In this document: positions 23,722 through 34,800 of the stretch, piece after piece | Layout: each line of letters starts with the position of its first letter | How positions within the stretch are numbered: position 1 is the stretch's first letter | The notes under the pieces: generated by a model | Database searches by the model: none | What the model was told of the DNA's origin: nothing | What the model saw: the letters and a program-made list of their open reading frames with translations, nothing else | Origin: Octopus bimaculoides | Lineage: Eukaryota | NCBI RefSeq assembly: GCF_001194135.2 | Contig: NC_068981.1 | Span: 124,612,222-124,652,930 of the forward strand | DNA: 40,709 nt | Direction: 5' to 3' | Position numbers and translations under genes: made by a program

Positions 23722-24010
23722 CGTCATTATCATCAACCGTCGTACCCATGCATGCATGGGTACGACGGTTGACAGGAGCCAGCCTGGTAGAAAACTTCCT
23801 AGGCTACTGTGTCTCTTTTAGCATGGTTTTTACAGTTGGATACCCTTCCTAACACCAACCACTCTGCAGAGTGGACTCGGTGCTTTTTACGTGCTACTAG
23901 CACAGGCGAGGTTAGTTTGGACATAATTTTTACAGATGGATGCCTTTCCAAATGCCAACCACTTTACAGCGTGAACTGATTGCTTTTAACGTGGCACAAG
24001 CACTGGTTGT
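23722..24010 (-). mobile_element. SINE family D 3' part with internally duplicated core
   Basis: Minus strand: ...gcacgtaaaaagcaccgagtccactctgcagagtggttggtgttaggaagggtatccaactgtaaaaacc...; second core copy at ~23930-24000. Confidence 0.7.
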
Positions 24011-24039
24011 GTCACCAAGTAATTCGCAACACAAGGAAT

Positions 24040-24356
24040 TATGAGAGGGGCAGGGACATTTGAGGAGGGGAACTTGTGTCAGAGGATGAACGGTTAGTGT
24101 GACAGAGGGGCAGAAACAGGTGTCTTGCTATAACGGAGGTGGCATTAGAGGAGGTGATCTAGTATCAGATGATGAAAGGTAGAGTGTTAGATAGGAGAGG
24201 CAGAAATAGGTGTCTTACTATAGAGGAGGTACATGGTTACCCAGTGAGAGAGTGAAAGAAGAAAGAGATACAAGAAAGAGGACAGAGGTACAAGAAAGAG
24301 GACAGAAACAAGTGTACTGATGTAAAGGAGATATTTGGTTACCTAGTCAGAGGAAA

Positions 24357-24442
<86 letters not shown>

Positions 24443-24680
24443 GGCAGAAATAGGTGTGCTGCTGTAGAGGAGATACATGGCTACCCAACCAGACAGAAGA
24501 GCAAGGAAAGGAAAGAGAGAGAGAGAGAGAGAGAGAGAAGAAAACAACAAAAGTGTAAGAGGGAGCAGGAGAGAGATGGTGAAGTGCTAGGGTATATTAA
24601 CAAGTAACAAGGATCAGAACATAGATGTGATGGTAGAGTAAGGAAAAGAGAGGTACGAAGGTCGTAATATAGGCGGTCAG
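24040..24680. repeat. Purine-rich repeated region with (GA)n tracts (24360-24437, 24514-24540)
   Basis: Recurrent units ggcagaaataggtgt..ctatagaggag.tacatgg.taccc plus GA runs. Confidence 0.75.
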
Positions 24681-24960
24681 GTGTTGTCCTTTGGTAGCAA
24701 CTGCTATTTCCTATATGCTTACCCCTAGAAAGTATGAAAAATGGCTAATATTTGCTTCAAACGTTGCTTTTGTTACAGTTATTCAGACTCCCAAAGAATC
24801 CCTCTCAACACATGGCTATGTCGCTCCTCCACTACTCCTGCTCTTCATTAGAGATGCACATATTGTCAACCACTAAGGGAACTACTCAAGTGGTTAAGGT
24901 CAAGCAACTGACAAGCAGATCTATGGTACAGAGCAGAACCTTTGCTATAATGATATTTCT
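24680..24960 (-). mobile_element. Partial copy of NA570 repeat
   Basis: cccaaagaatccctctcaacacatggctatg..ctcctccactactcctgctc..ggttaaggtcaagcaactgacaagcagatct matches 4460-4620. Confidence 0.75.
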
Positions 24961-25432
24961 GCTTCAGCAACTCGGCGCTGAATGTCTGAAATGTAATGGA
25001 AAATAGTTCAGTTTCAAAGCATTGATGTCCAGGTCACAAAAGCAAAGTTTGAAGGGAATAGTAGACATTTCTAGATAAAAGCAAATAGGAAATAACACTT
25101 ACTGACTAAAGTTTAAAAAGAATTAAAATTTTGTTACACATTGTAATGGTACGTGACCTCACAATCTGTTAAGGCATGTCTTTTTAACGGAGAATAAAAG
25201 CTTAATATTTCACAGAAAAATTCGACGATCGCTTCTTTTCCAATGCTCTTAGAAGTGCAAGGAGAGTAAAATGACTTCAGCTGGGAAGTGAACTCATTTC
25301 TTGATCTCGTCTAGCAAGGAACTGAACTCTTACTCTACGATGTTCCAAATTATTTAATATTCCTTACTGCAGTCCAGTCCATTTGGCTATAAACAATTAG
25401 CACCAGTTATTTTTGTTTGAGAAATTACTTAC

Positions 25433-25510
25433 GACAGAGAATCTTATTCAAGTGGCCATTTTTGCCTCTGTTGTGCGTTACAGTAACCAACATCATAGAT
25501 CCAATGCATG
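25433..25510 (-). other. Candidate 78-nt exon A of unidentified minus-strand transcript
   Basis: Long polypyrimidine tract ctttccccttctttttcaaacaatcctttcactattcTAG; donor GTC|GTAAGT; single open frame xCIGSMMLVTVTHNRGKNGHLNKILC (phase 1-1). Confidence 0.35.
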
Positions 25511-25855
25511 CTAGAATAGTGAAAGGATTGTTTGAAAAAGAAGGGGAAAGTTGCTGGGAATATAAAGAACTTCTGCTAGCCATAGGTCTTATCTAGTACA
25601 ACAGTTGGCATTCCACGATGTGATATTCCTACTATTCAAATCTATTTTTTAATAAATGACATTATATAGAAAAGTAATCAAAGCTTTGATTCCCTTTCAA
25701 TTTTACTTTTGTGTAACCATCTATCGGAAGCTAGGCGCCGTTAAGGTGCCAGCAACAAAATCTATTTCACATTTCACAGAGTATGTTCTGTTTGTGTGAG
25801 AATTTAGATTTACTTACTTGCTACAAAATATTTTTATTATGACATTTTTTTTTTC

Positions 25856-26525
25856 AGAGTAGTTGCTGGCAGAATTGTGAAAGTTAGACAAAAAGCTTGG
25901 CGGGTTAGTTTTTTTTTTTTTCGACTCTCTCCGTTGTGCGTTCAAACTCTGCCATGTCAACTTTCACTAAAATCCTTTCTATAGTCGGTAAAAATAAACC
26001 ACTAGTCAATCACAGGCATCGATGGTATCGGCTAATCCCTTCCTCTCAAAAATATTGGCCCTGTACCTAAATCAGAACCCATTAGGAACGACAAGCTGCT
26101 AGAAACTTTAGGGGCATCGAACGATACCTAGCGGCATTTTCCAGCTCTTTAGATTCTGAGTTCAAATCCTGCTGAAGCCAACTTTGCGTCTCATCCTTTC
26201 AGAGTCAATAAAATAAACTACTGAGATCGATGGTAGAGATTACTTCCCTCTTTTGAAAATTATGCTTACCAATATCTACTTAAATTTGAAATCATTATTT
26301 TTCAGATACTGATGACTGGAAGATGGTAGAATCGTTAGTGCGTCGAAGAAAATGCTTAGCAACATTTCTTCTGACTTTATGTTCTGAATTCAGATTCCAC
26401 TGAGCTCAGCATTACTTTTCATCTTTCGGGAACAATAATATTAGTACCAGCTGCGCATTAGGATCGATGAAATTGACTCGCCCCACTCCTCAAGATTAAA
26501 TGCTTTGTGCCTATAGTAGAAATAA
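25856..26525 (+). mobile_element. Three head-to-tail decayed SINE family A copies (~25856-26075, 26095-26295, 26315-26525)
   Basis: Each has ..agaatcg/ttgt.., .ttcaaa.tc, ..tcatcctttc..gtc..taaaata and a tail segment. Confidence 0.75.
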
Positions 26526-26739
26526 TTCTTTTTCAGTTATTGCATCGAAGGTAAGGGCTGAATGAGCCAACGATTCGACATGTTACATTCATAGAAAGAA
26601 GAATGGTGAAGAGCACTATCCTTCCTTTCACCGAGTGTATGAGTAATGTATGAATAATGATTCCGACTGATAAGTGACATTTATTCTTCATTTTGATTTT
26701 GACTTTCATAAGGAGAATGAGAAACAAAATCCGACCAAG

Positions 26740-26900
26740 GATTCACTGGTCGATCGGTGAGTTTTCGTGCTACAAACGTCTGGGTCAGCGGCAGTCCGTT
26801 GCAGTTTCATAACTGGATCCGACATGTCTCATTCTATATGCGCCGTAGAAAAAGGTCATGAAACCAAGTTTTTGGGTCACTTCCACGCCATCGGCACCCC
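26740..26900. promoter_or_regulatory. Possible promoter/first-exon-like CpG-richer island
   Basis: Non-repeat, locally CpG-rich; GGAAGTGAC (ETS-like) on minus at 26876-26884; plus-strand donor CG|GTGAGT at 26757. Confidence 0.2.
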
Positions 26901-28154
26901 CCCCCCACATATGTATATATATATATAAAATATATATATGTGTGTGTACACCCGAGTTGAAATATGGTAATGAGATATTTATTTTCAGAACAAAGAATGA
27001 AGTTTTCCTCCTCACTGACCTACATTATCACTTGACCAAGTCAAATTCATTGAAAAAAAGTCTTTATTACGTGTTAAATTCGAAAGACGCCTACCTTTGC
27101 CTTATTTGCTTTTCTTCTAATTCTATTCGGACAGATCACATGACATCATCGCTCACTAGTTTACTCTCCTACTTTTATTTGCTCTGTGTCTAATGTTAAG
27201 CTGACAAGGTTTCTGGGTCACCATTAACTGGAATGCAAGCGTAATGTTTGCAGCGCAGTCAGAGCAGTAATATATTTTATAACTGCCTGTACCTATGAAA
27301 ACAGGTACTACTACATGACCGAGCGACGAAGTGACAGGCGGTTATGAGTAAACATGAAAAACATATAAATAAACAATAAGACCGACAGAAAAAAAAAAGG
27401 AAAAAAGAAAAGAGAGAAACAAAGAAAGTAACAATTATCAAGATATGTAATCCTAGGCCAGCTCTGACTGAACAAAGCTATCTCCAAAGGCAGTCCAACT
27501 GTGACCAATCCTTCTGTTTGCGTATCATTGCCCAGTGTATCCCACATTTCTTTCGAGGGAGCGGCTTCCTCGAAGGATGTGAAAAAAAATTACAAATTGA
27601 TTTTATTACATTTCTAGAATCTATCGCTAGCAAAACGAGCCTGTACATAGGTACTTGTGTTGCTTGGAGGAGTAGTCCAATTTCCCTCTAATCTCACTGC
27701 CTTCAGAAAAAAATACATTAGTTAGGTTATCTAGCGTAACCCTAAAAAGTGGTTACGCTAGAGTGGAACGACTTTGATTGCAGGTTTACTCAATCAACTG
27801 AAATTCACTTTATTGAGGAATAGAAAACATCAACAGAATACGAACTCAGAATATAGAGGATAGCTGTTTATTCCGACTCGTTACCATTTCTCCCTCTCTG
27901 CTCCACGTCTAAAAGCTAATTAATAAGTTTGTCTCTTCAAACCAATACATACATATTTTTGCTGTGGGAAATGGTCGATTAAATCGATCTCAGTACTTGG
28001 CGGCTTTGCAAGCGTGTCTGGAAAGGGTTGTTTCCATGGCTTTTACAGGTCATCATCACAGACGTGGAAATCGATGCAGTTAACAGTCTTTCCTTAGCGT
28101 AGCTAAAAGAGGATGAGGAATCCTTTTTCCAGGACAGTATATTTATGAGGTAGC

Positions 28155-28703
28155 ATATATATATATATATATATATANNNNNNNNNNNNNNNNNNNNNNN
28201 NNNNNNNNNNNNNNNNNNNNNNNNNNNNNNNNNNNNNNNNNNNNNNNNNNNNNNNNNNNNNNNNNNNNNNNNNNNNNNNNNNNNNNNNNNNNNNNNNNNN
28301 NNNNNNNNNNNNNNNNNNNNNNNNNNNNNNNNNNNNNNNNNNNNNNNNNNNNNNNNNNNNNNNNNNNNNNNNNNNNNNNNNNNNNNNNNNNNNNNNNNNN
28401 NNNNNNNNNNNNNNNNNNNNNNNNNNNNNNNNNNNNNNNNNNNNNNNNNNNNNNNNNNNNNNNNNNNNNNNNNNNNNNNNNNNNNNNNNNNNNNNNNNNN
28501 NNNNNNNNNNNNNNNNNNNNNNNNNNNNNNNNNNNNNNNNNNNNNNNNNNNNNNNNNNNNNNNNNNNNNNNNNNNNNNNNNNNNNNNNNNNNNNNNNNNN
28601 NNNNNNNNNNNNNNNNNNNNNNNNNNNNNNNNNNNNNNNNNNNNNNNNNNNNNNNNNNNTTCCTATCAATATATATCTATATATATATATATATATATAT
28701 ATC
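28155..28703. other. Assembly gap (N 28178-28660) flanked by (TA)n
   Basis: Direct; the ORF 28103-28705 is an artefact of the Ns. Confidence 0.98.
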
Positions 28704-28722
28704 ATTATTATTATTGTTGTTG

Positions 28723-28800
<78 letters not shown>
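28704..28800. repeat. (ATT/GTT)n microsatellite
   Basis: Direct. Confidence 0.95.
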
Positions 28801-28803
<3 letters not shown>

Positions 28804-29191
28804 CAGTTTCACTTGAAAAGGAAAATAAGGGTAGAGGGGGAAGTATTGTCTTCTAACCAGTTTCCTGAAAGGTGGATGAAAGTGGCAAGAATGGTGTGAG
28901 TGAACGGGCCTGACCTGAGCATACGCCTGTAGCTGGAAAAAAAGAAAGGAAAAAAATCACCTGCCCCAAAAGTCAGGGTACCCATGGTTTTTTTATGCGG
29001 TTTTTCCATGAGCAGCCCTCGAAATTCTCCTCCCTATTGAGGATTACACATTGTTGATTCCTTTTTTTTTTTATTTTGTTAGTTTTATTTCACAACACAC
29101 ACTCACACACATACACACACATTCTTTGTTTTGTCCTGTACTGTCCATAATGAGTTTCTTAATGTAAACCCTTGTGGTTAATAAAGAAATC
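28801..29191 (+). mobile_element. Tx1-like LINE 3' end
   Basis: FQFHLKRKIRVEGEVLSSNQFPERWMKVARMV is homologous to 3720-3850; AATAAA at 29180-29185 then short ATT tail. Confidence 0.8.
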
Positions 29192-29209
29192 ATTATTATC
29201 ATAATTATT

Positions 29210-29640
29210 GAGTGAGAGAGCGGCACATGCCATCAAAGTGACACTGGCATACAAATAAACGAAGTCCAATACACATATCATGTCTAACCATTTGATAAGT
29301 AAGTATATACTAGGCACGTGCATCGCAACCATATGAAGCTGAGCAGAGTATGACCTTGCAAATGGGGCCCTGTTAAAAGTTTCAGATCGAGTAGCCCATC
29401 CCACTCAAAAGGTCTCCGAATAAGGGTTGTTTAAGGACGTGGACAAAACAGTCATGTTTTCAGAGCTGAATTATTCAAACCCCAAAGAATTTCTTTTAAC
29501 ACATGGCTATGAGGCTCTACCTCTACTCCTGCCGTGATCAGAGAGGCACATATCAGCCACCAACGAACATGCTCAACTAACAAACAAGTCTATGAGCAGA
29601 ATATTTGCTATAGCCCATCTTTTACAGCAAGACAAAGCAT
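29210..29640 (-). mobile_element. NA570 repeat, second copy
   Basis: gagtgagagagcggcacatgccatcaaagtgacactgg... collinear with 4158-4650. Confidence 0.85.
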
Positions 29641-29647
29641 AATTATA

Positions 29648-30035
29648 ATTGGCAAAATCGTTAGCACGCCAGGCGAAATGCTTAGCGGTATTTCGTCTGC
29701 CGCTACGTTATGAGTTCCAATTTCGCCGAGGTTGACTATGCCTTTCATCCTTTCGGGGTCAACAAATTAAGCACCAGTGAAACACTGGAGTCGATTAAAT
29801 TGACTAGTCCCGTCCCTACAAATTTCAGGCCTTGTGTCTATAGTAGTAAGGACTATTATTATTATTCGGTGAGCTTATCAGTATTTCGTTTGCCGCTACG
29901 TTCTGAGCTCAAATTCCGCTAAGGTCGACTTTGCCTTTCATCCTTTCGGGGTCGATAAATTAAGTACCAGTTGCGTACTGGGTCGATCTAATCGACTGAT
30001 CCCCTCCCCAAAAATTGTGCCTAGGGCAGAAAAGA

Positions 30036-30037
<2 letters not shown>
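29648..30037 (+). mobile_element. Two head-to-tail SINE family A copies (29648-29866, 29867-30037)
   Basis: ggcaaaatcgttagcacgccaggcgaaatgcttagcgg...gcctttcatcctttcggggtc; each ends in an ATT tail. Confidence 0.88.

Positions 30038-30090
<53 letters not shown>
30038..30090. repeat. (ATT)n microsatellite
   Basis: Direct. Confidence 0.95.
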
Positions 30091-30091
<1 letters not shown>

Positions 30092-30688
30092 CGTTCAGTC
30101 CGTCAAAGATGCCCACTATCTCCCTTTCCCTACGGACTGGCATTCGAGACATTACTGCAGAAGCTGGAGTTTCGAGGGGCATCCGCGTGAACTGGGATGC
30201 GGAAGGTTCGTGTCGGCAAATGCGGACGACGTCACCGCGAAAGTGTCGGACATTGCGGAAATCGAGATGGTCAGCACTACCCTAAGGGAATACGAAGCGG
30301 TGACAGGAGCAATTATCAACCAGGAGAAGTCAGTGGGCCTGCAGATCGGCACCTAGAGAGGCAAGCCCATTGCCAAACGATAGCGTGGTGGCGCGCTGAA
30401 TGGAAGGACTTGTTAAATTGCTCGAGGTCTGGTTCAGTCTGGATTTCCAAGGGGACAAGAACTGGAGCGAGGTGACAGAAGTTCCACCTGAAAAGGAAAG
30501 TGAGGCTGGAGAGGGAGGTACTGTCACCTAGTAGGTTCGTTGAAAGGTGAGTGGTTGTGGCGTGAATGAGCCTACTCTAAGTGTGCGCCTGTAGGCCGGA
30601 TGGAAGGGAGAGGAAAGGGTGACCTCACTGTCTCTCCTTTGTGTATCGTCCTCTGTGTGTCATCTTCGGCCCTGGTGGCCAATAAAGA

Positions 30689-30691
<3 letters not shown>
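30091..30691 (+). mobile_element. Tx1-like LINE, 5'-truncated with ~0.9-kb internal deletion
   Basis: GCGRFVSANADDVTAKVSD..EYEAVTGAIINQEKSVGL, then a jump at ~30480 to KFHLKRKVRLE; AATAAA at 30681-30686. Confidence 0.85.

Positions 30692-30758
<67 letters not shown>
30692..30758. repeat. (ATT)n microsatellite shared as tail by Tx1(+) and Dong(-)
   Basis: Direct. Confidence 0.95.
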
Positions 30759-30761
<3 letters not shown>

Positions 30762-33700
30762 TAGTCTCATTTGTATCACGGGCTTTCATTGCACTACCGA
30801 GCGCAGCTCTGTGTGCCTTGAGTATGTGCTGTGGTTTGTTGTGATGCTCTTATTTTTATTGTATTGAAAGTGTTTTGTGTAGGATGTGTGCAGTGCCTAG
30901 TAGTGCTATTTTATGCATGCTATATATACTTGTTAGTCCTGGTGTTTTTGTTATATATTTGTCTGAATATTTTTTTATCATATCTAATGCGCCTACTATG
31001 ATAGGAACTGTTTCTGTTTTTAGACTCCACATTCGAGTTACCTTTATTTCCAGATCTTTGAATTTTGAAAGTTTCTCCGTTTCTTTTAGGGAAACATTGT
31101 CATCCATTGGTATTAAAACATCGATTAGAAAGCATTTTTTTCTCTTGATTATCTCTGACAACTATATCGGGCCTATTGGCCTTAATTTCTCTATCTGTGT
31201 GTATTGGCATATCCCAGAATATGGTTGCTTTCTCATTTTTGTGACCTTTTCTGGTGTGTGCCGACACTATTTTTTTCTGTCATTATTCCATAATGTTAGC
31301 ATAGCTTCCAGTGTATATAAGTCCCAACTCTGTTGTGTCTGTGAATATATTCCTTCTTAGCTAAGACTAGGCAGCCAGAGATAATATGATTTATTGTTTC
31401 TTCTCCATCTTCACATATTCTGCAGTTACTTGTATTTCTTTTCGTTAGGTTTTGGTATTTTTTGGTGGGAACTCTTTGATCTTGCACTGCAATTAAAAAT
31501 TCTTCAGTCACTGCTTTAAGTCCTGAGACTTTCAGCCATTGTTGGGATTTTGCTTTGTCTATTTCTTTTCTGTTTCATTTAACCCAGTATTTGCCATGAA
31601 GGGGCTTTTCTTGCCATCGTTTTATCATGATATGCTGCTGTTCCAGTTTTAGCATGGATTTTAGTTGTTTTACAGCTTTTGTTGTTTCTTTTTCTTCGTA
31701 GTTGTTAGGTACTATGACTTCCTTAAAGACTGAAAAAAGTCTTTTTTTTTTGTTTTTGTTCTTGTTTTGTGGCTATTTATATTAGTTTTCCTTGCTTCTG
31801 AAGTAGGTATTTCTGTAACCCTATGGTGGTTATTTTGTAATAGTTTTCTAGCTGTATAAGGCCACGACCACCTTCGATACGTTGTATATATAACCTTTCT
31901 ATGTCAGATTTTGGGTGGTTCATCCTAAATACTGTCATTATTTTTCTTGCTTTCCTGTCTATTTTTAGATTCCAGTGAAGAATATTGTAGTTGTAACTTA
32001 TAACTGGGACGGCTAGAGTGTTGATACCTATTACCTTGTTTTTCGCATTAAGCTCTGTTTTCAGTATTAAACTAACTCGTCTATAGCATTATTTTCTTAT
32101 CATCTCTTTCATCTGTGCGTGTTGTATCGTATCTAGTTCATTGATTACTAAGTATTTGTATGTCTGGATTTGGTCTAATTCTCTTATTTCAGTTGCTTTA
32201 TCTAGTGTGATGTTGCTACTCTTAACTAGTTTTCTTCTTTTCAAGGTCACTTTGGCACATTTTTCTAAGCCAAATTTCATGCTTATTTCTTTGGTAAATC
32301 CATGTACTGCCTGTAGTAATATTCCCAGATGTTTATCATTTGTAGCATACAGTTTTAGATTTTCCATATATAAGAGGTGGCTGATTGTTTTGCCGCAACA
32401 GTTGTATCTGCATCCAGTTCTGTTTAGCATGTCAGATAAAAGTGTCAATGCTAAGTAGAAAAGGAGTGGAGAGAGCGTTCTCCCTGGAATATTCCTCTTT
32501 TATTGGGAATGGCTTTGGTTCTTATGAGTCTCTCTTTTCTCTGGAGTTGTAGCACTGTCTGCCATTTATTCATTGAATGTTTTATATATTTTATGATTAT
32601 TAGTGCTACCTTGTTCATGGCTAGTGTTTCTAGGATCCATGTGTGGGGAATACTATCAAAAGCCTTTCGGTAATCGATCCAGGCCATACTTAGACCCTTC
32701 TTCTTTTTGCAGCCGTCTTCAGTTATGGCTTTATTGATCAGTAGCTGATCTTTACAGCCGTATGAGCCCATGCAGCACCCTTTCTGCTCTTCTAAAAACA
32801 GGTTGTTTTCTTCCAGATGTTTGCTCATTCTCTGCGATATTAGTAAAGGCTTTGTGAATTGTGGGGAGACAAGTTATCAGTCTGTAATTTTGTGGGTTTG
32901 CCGTTTCAGTGGATTTGAGAATTAGGATAATTTTCCCTTCCGTGAGCCATTAGGCATTGTCTCTGGTTCTGTTAGTATTTCATTAAATTTCTCAGCCAAC
33001 TTTTTATGTGTTCCTGTTAGGTACTTTAACCAGAAGTTGGGGATCTTGTCATGCCCAGGTACCTTACAATTGCTTGATTTTTGCATTGCCCGAGTGACCT
33101 CTTCAGTTGTTGTAGGGGTCCAGAGTTGTTCAGGTGCTGTGTTCGTTGTTTCGATAGATCTTTTTTCAGCTTGTTCCTTCACCGACCATATTTCTTTCCT
33201 AAATTCTTCCATTTCTTCTGCTGTTGGTGCTACATTGATCGCTTTTCTATTTTTGCCAAGTTATTGATAGAATCTTTTCGGGTTTGAGTTGAACTGTTTG
33301 TTTTGTTCAAAGAAACATTGGCGTTTTTGATACCGGCAGATCCTTTGTGCTTTGCCTACGATATCTTGCTTTAGCTGTTCTTTTACTTCAGGTATATCTT
33401 GTTCTGTTATTTTGTATTTATGTAGTACTTCTTGTTGCTTAGTAGTGTTGATTGTCTACTAGTTTCATTAAGGATTGACAGATCTTTTCTCTTATTTTCT
33501 TTTTTTCCGGATATTATTTATCCACAAGGTTTGTTTGGGTGGTGATGCTCCTGTTTGGATGGGTTTTAGTGGGTATCCAGCTTCTTTCGTAGCTAGAGAG
33601 GCTGTTGTATATATTATATAATTTAACCTGGACATATTGACATTTGTTTCTGTGGCTATTAGTTCTGCGACGGCCAGGTTCATGCTATTTATTATTAATG

Positions 33701-34430
33701 TTTCATTAGCAATTTTAATTTTTGGGAGGTATAATCGATGGTCCATACTGAGATCTGAGGCTTTCAATTCTTTGATTATGCTCATTTTTAGAGTACCACA
33801 ATCATTAGTTTCACCTTCACTGTTTCCAGGTTTTAGATTTGTTTCATATTCTCTCCTGTTCATATTTTTGTCTGCGATGTTCTGGTTTGGTGCATTTCGC
33901 TCATCATTATACATTCCTACGGCCTGGGCTTGTTGTCTTTCGTTGTTTACTTCGATTTTGTTGAACATGTTACATCTGTCTTCATATTTTACAGTCCCAG
34001 TGCTGTGTGGTTACTATCTCTGTTTTCCTAATGTATTTTTCCTTTTCAAGTGTTCTATTTCTATTATTGTTTTTTCTTTTTGTTGTTTTCTTTTTGAGAA
34101 GGTATCTCCGTATTTTAGCTAGTTTATTAGGGGTCATTGCTGTATCCAAATCTTTATCTAGGTTATTTTTCTTCCAGATTTTATATATGTTGTTTTCGTT
34201 TTCTGGTAGAGTACTGCTGTGAAATAAGCGTGTGAAATAAGCGTGAAATATATTCCTCACGTGTCTATTTATGCTTTTTTGATTTTCTTTGCGGGACGTG
34301 AGGAATAACGTCCGGCCCTGTAGTTTGATGGTCATCATTTTCGTAGGGTATCGGTCCGTTCATTTTTGGTGTTAAATGATTTTGCACGTGTAGTTTTTCG
34401 TACTTTTTTATGTAACAGGTTTAAAGTAAG
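30759..34430 (-). mobile_element. Near full-length R4/Dong-like non-LTR retrotransposon (~3.7 kb), frameshifted
   Basis: MTPNKLAKIRRYLLKK; VPGHDKIPNFWLK; EEQKGC..GCKDQLLINKAI..AWIDYRKAFDSIPHTW; KRGIFQG; ISHLLYMENLKLYA (YMDD mutated); CRICEDGEETINHIISGC (CCHC); CFLIDVLIP..EKLSKFKDL (RLE); 3'UTR ends in (AAT)n. Confidence 0.9.
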
Positions 34431-34800
34431 TCGGACGCGAGACTGACTGACCAGTTAAACTGCTCGGGGTCTGGTTTGATCCCGACCTCCAGTTGGATAA
34501 GAATTGTGAATAGATGATGAACAGGATGATCTCTCTTACCCAGAAATAGGGAGAGAGGAAGTTGTCCCTGAAACGTCGGACAGAGGTGGCGAATGTCTAC
34601 ATCGCCTCTGTCAATATTTATCGTTTGAACTTGTTGTGCTTTGTCTCAGTTACTGCTTGATTAGATTGGAACGCATCCTGTTTATTTTCTTGTGGAAGGG
34701 ACGCGTTCCAATGGTCAGGTGGTCGGTCTTCCTATGCGTGGCGGATTAGGCATGCCATGGCTTTTAATGCGCAGACACGCACTCATGTTGCGCCACCTTC
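34431..34800 (+). mobile_element. Tx1-like LINE internal fragment
   Basis: ccagttaaactgctcggggtctggtttgatcccgacctccag...ttcttgtggaagggacgcgttcc...atgcgcagacacgcact, collinear with ~2700-3080. Confidence 0.8.

Noticed and set aside
28103-28705. 200-aa ORF
   Set aside because: Artefact of the N gap and (TA)n.
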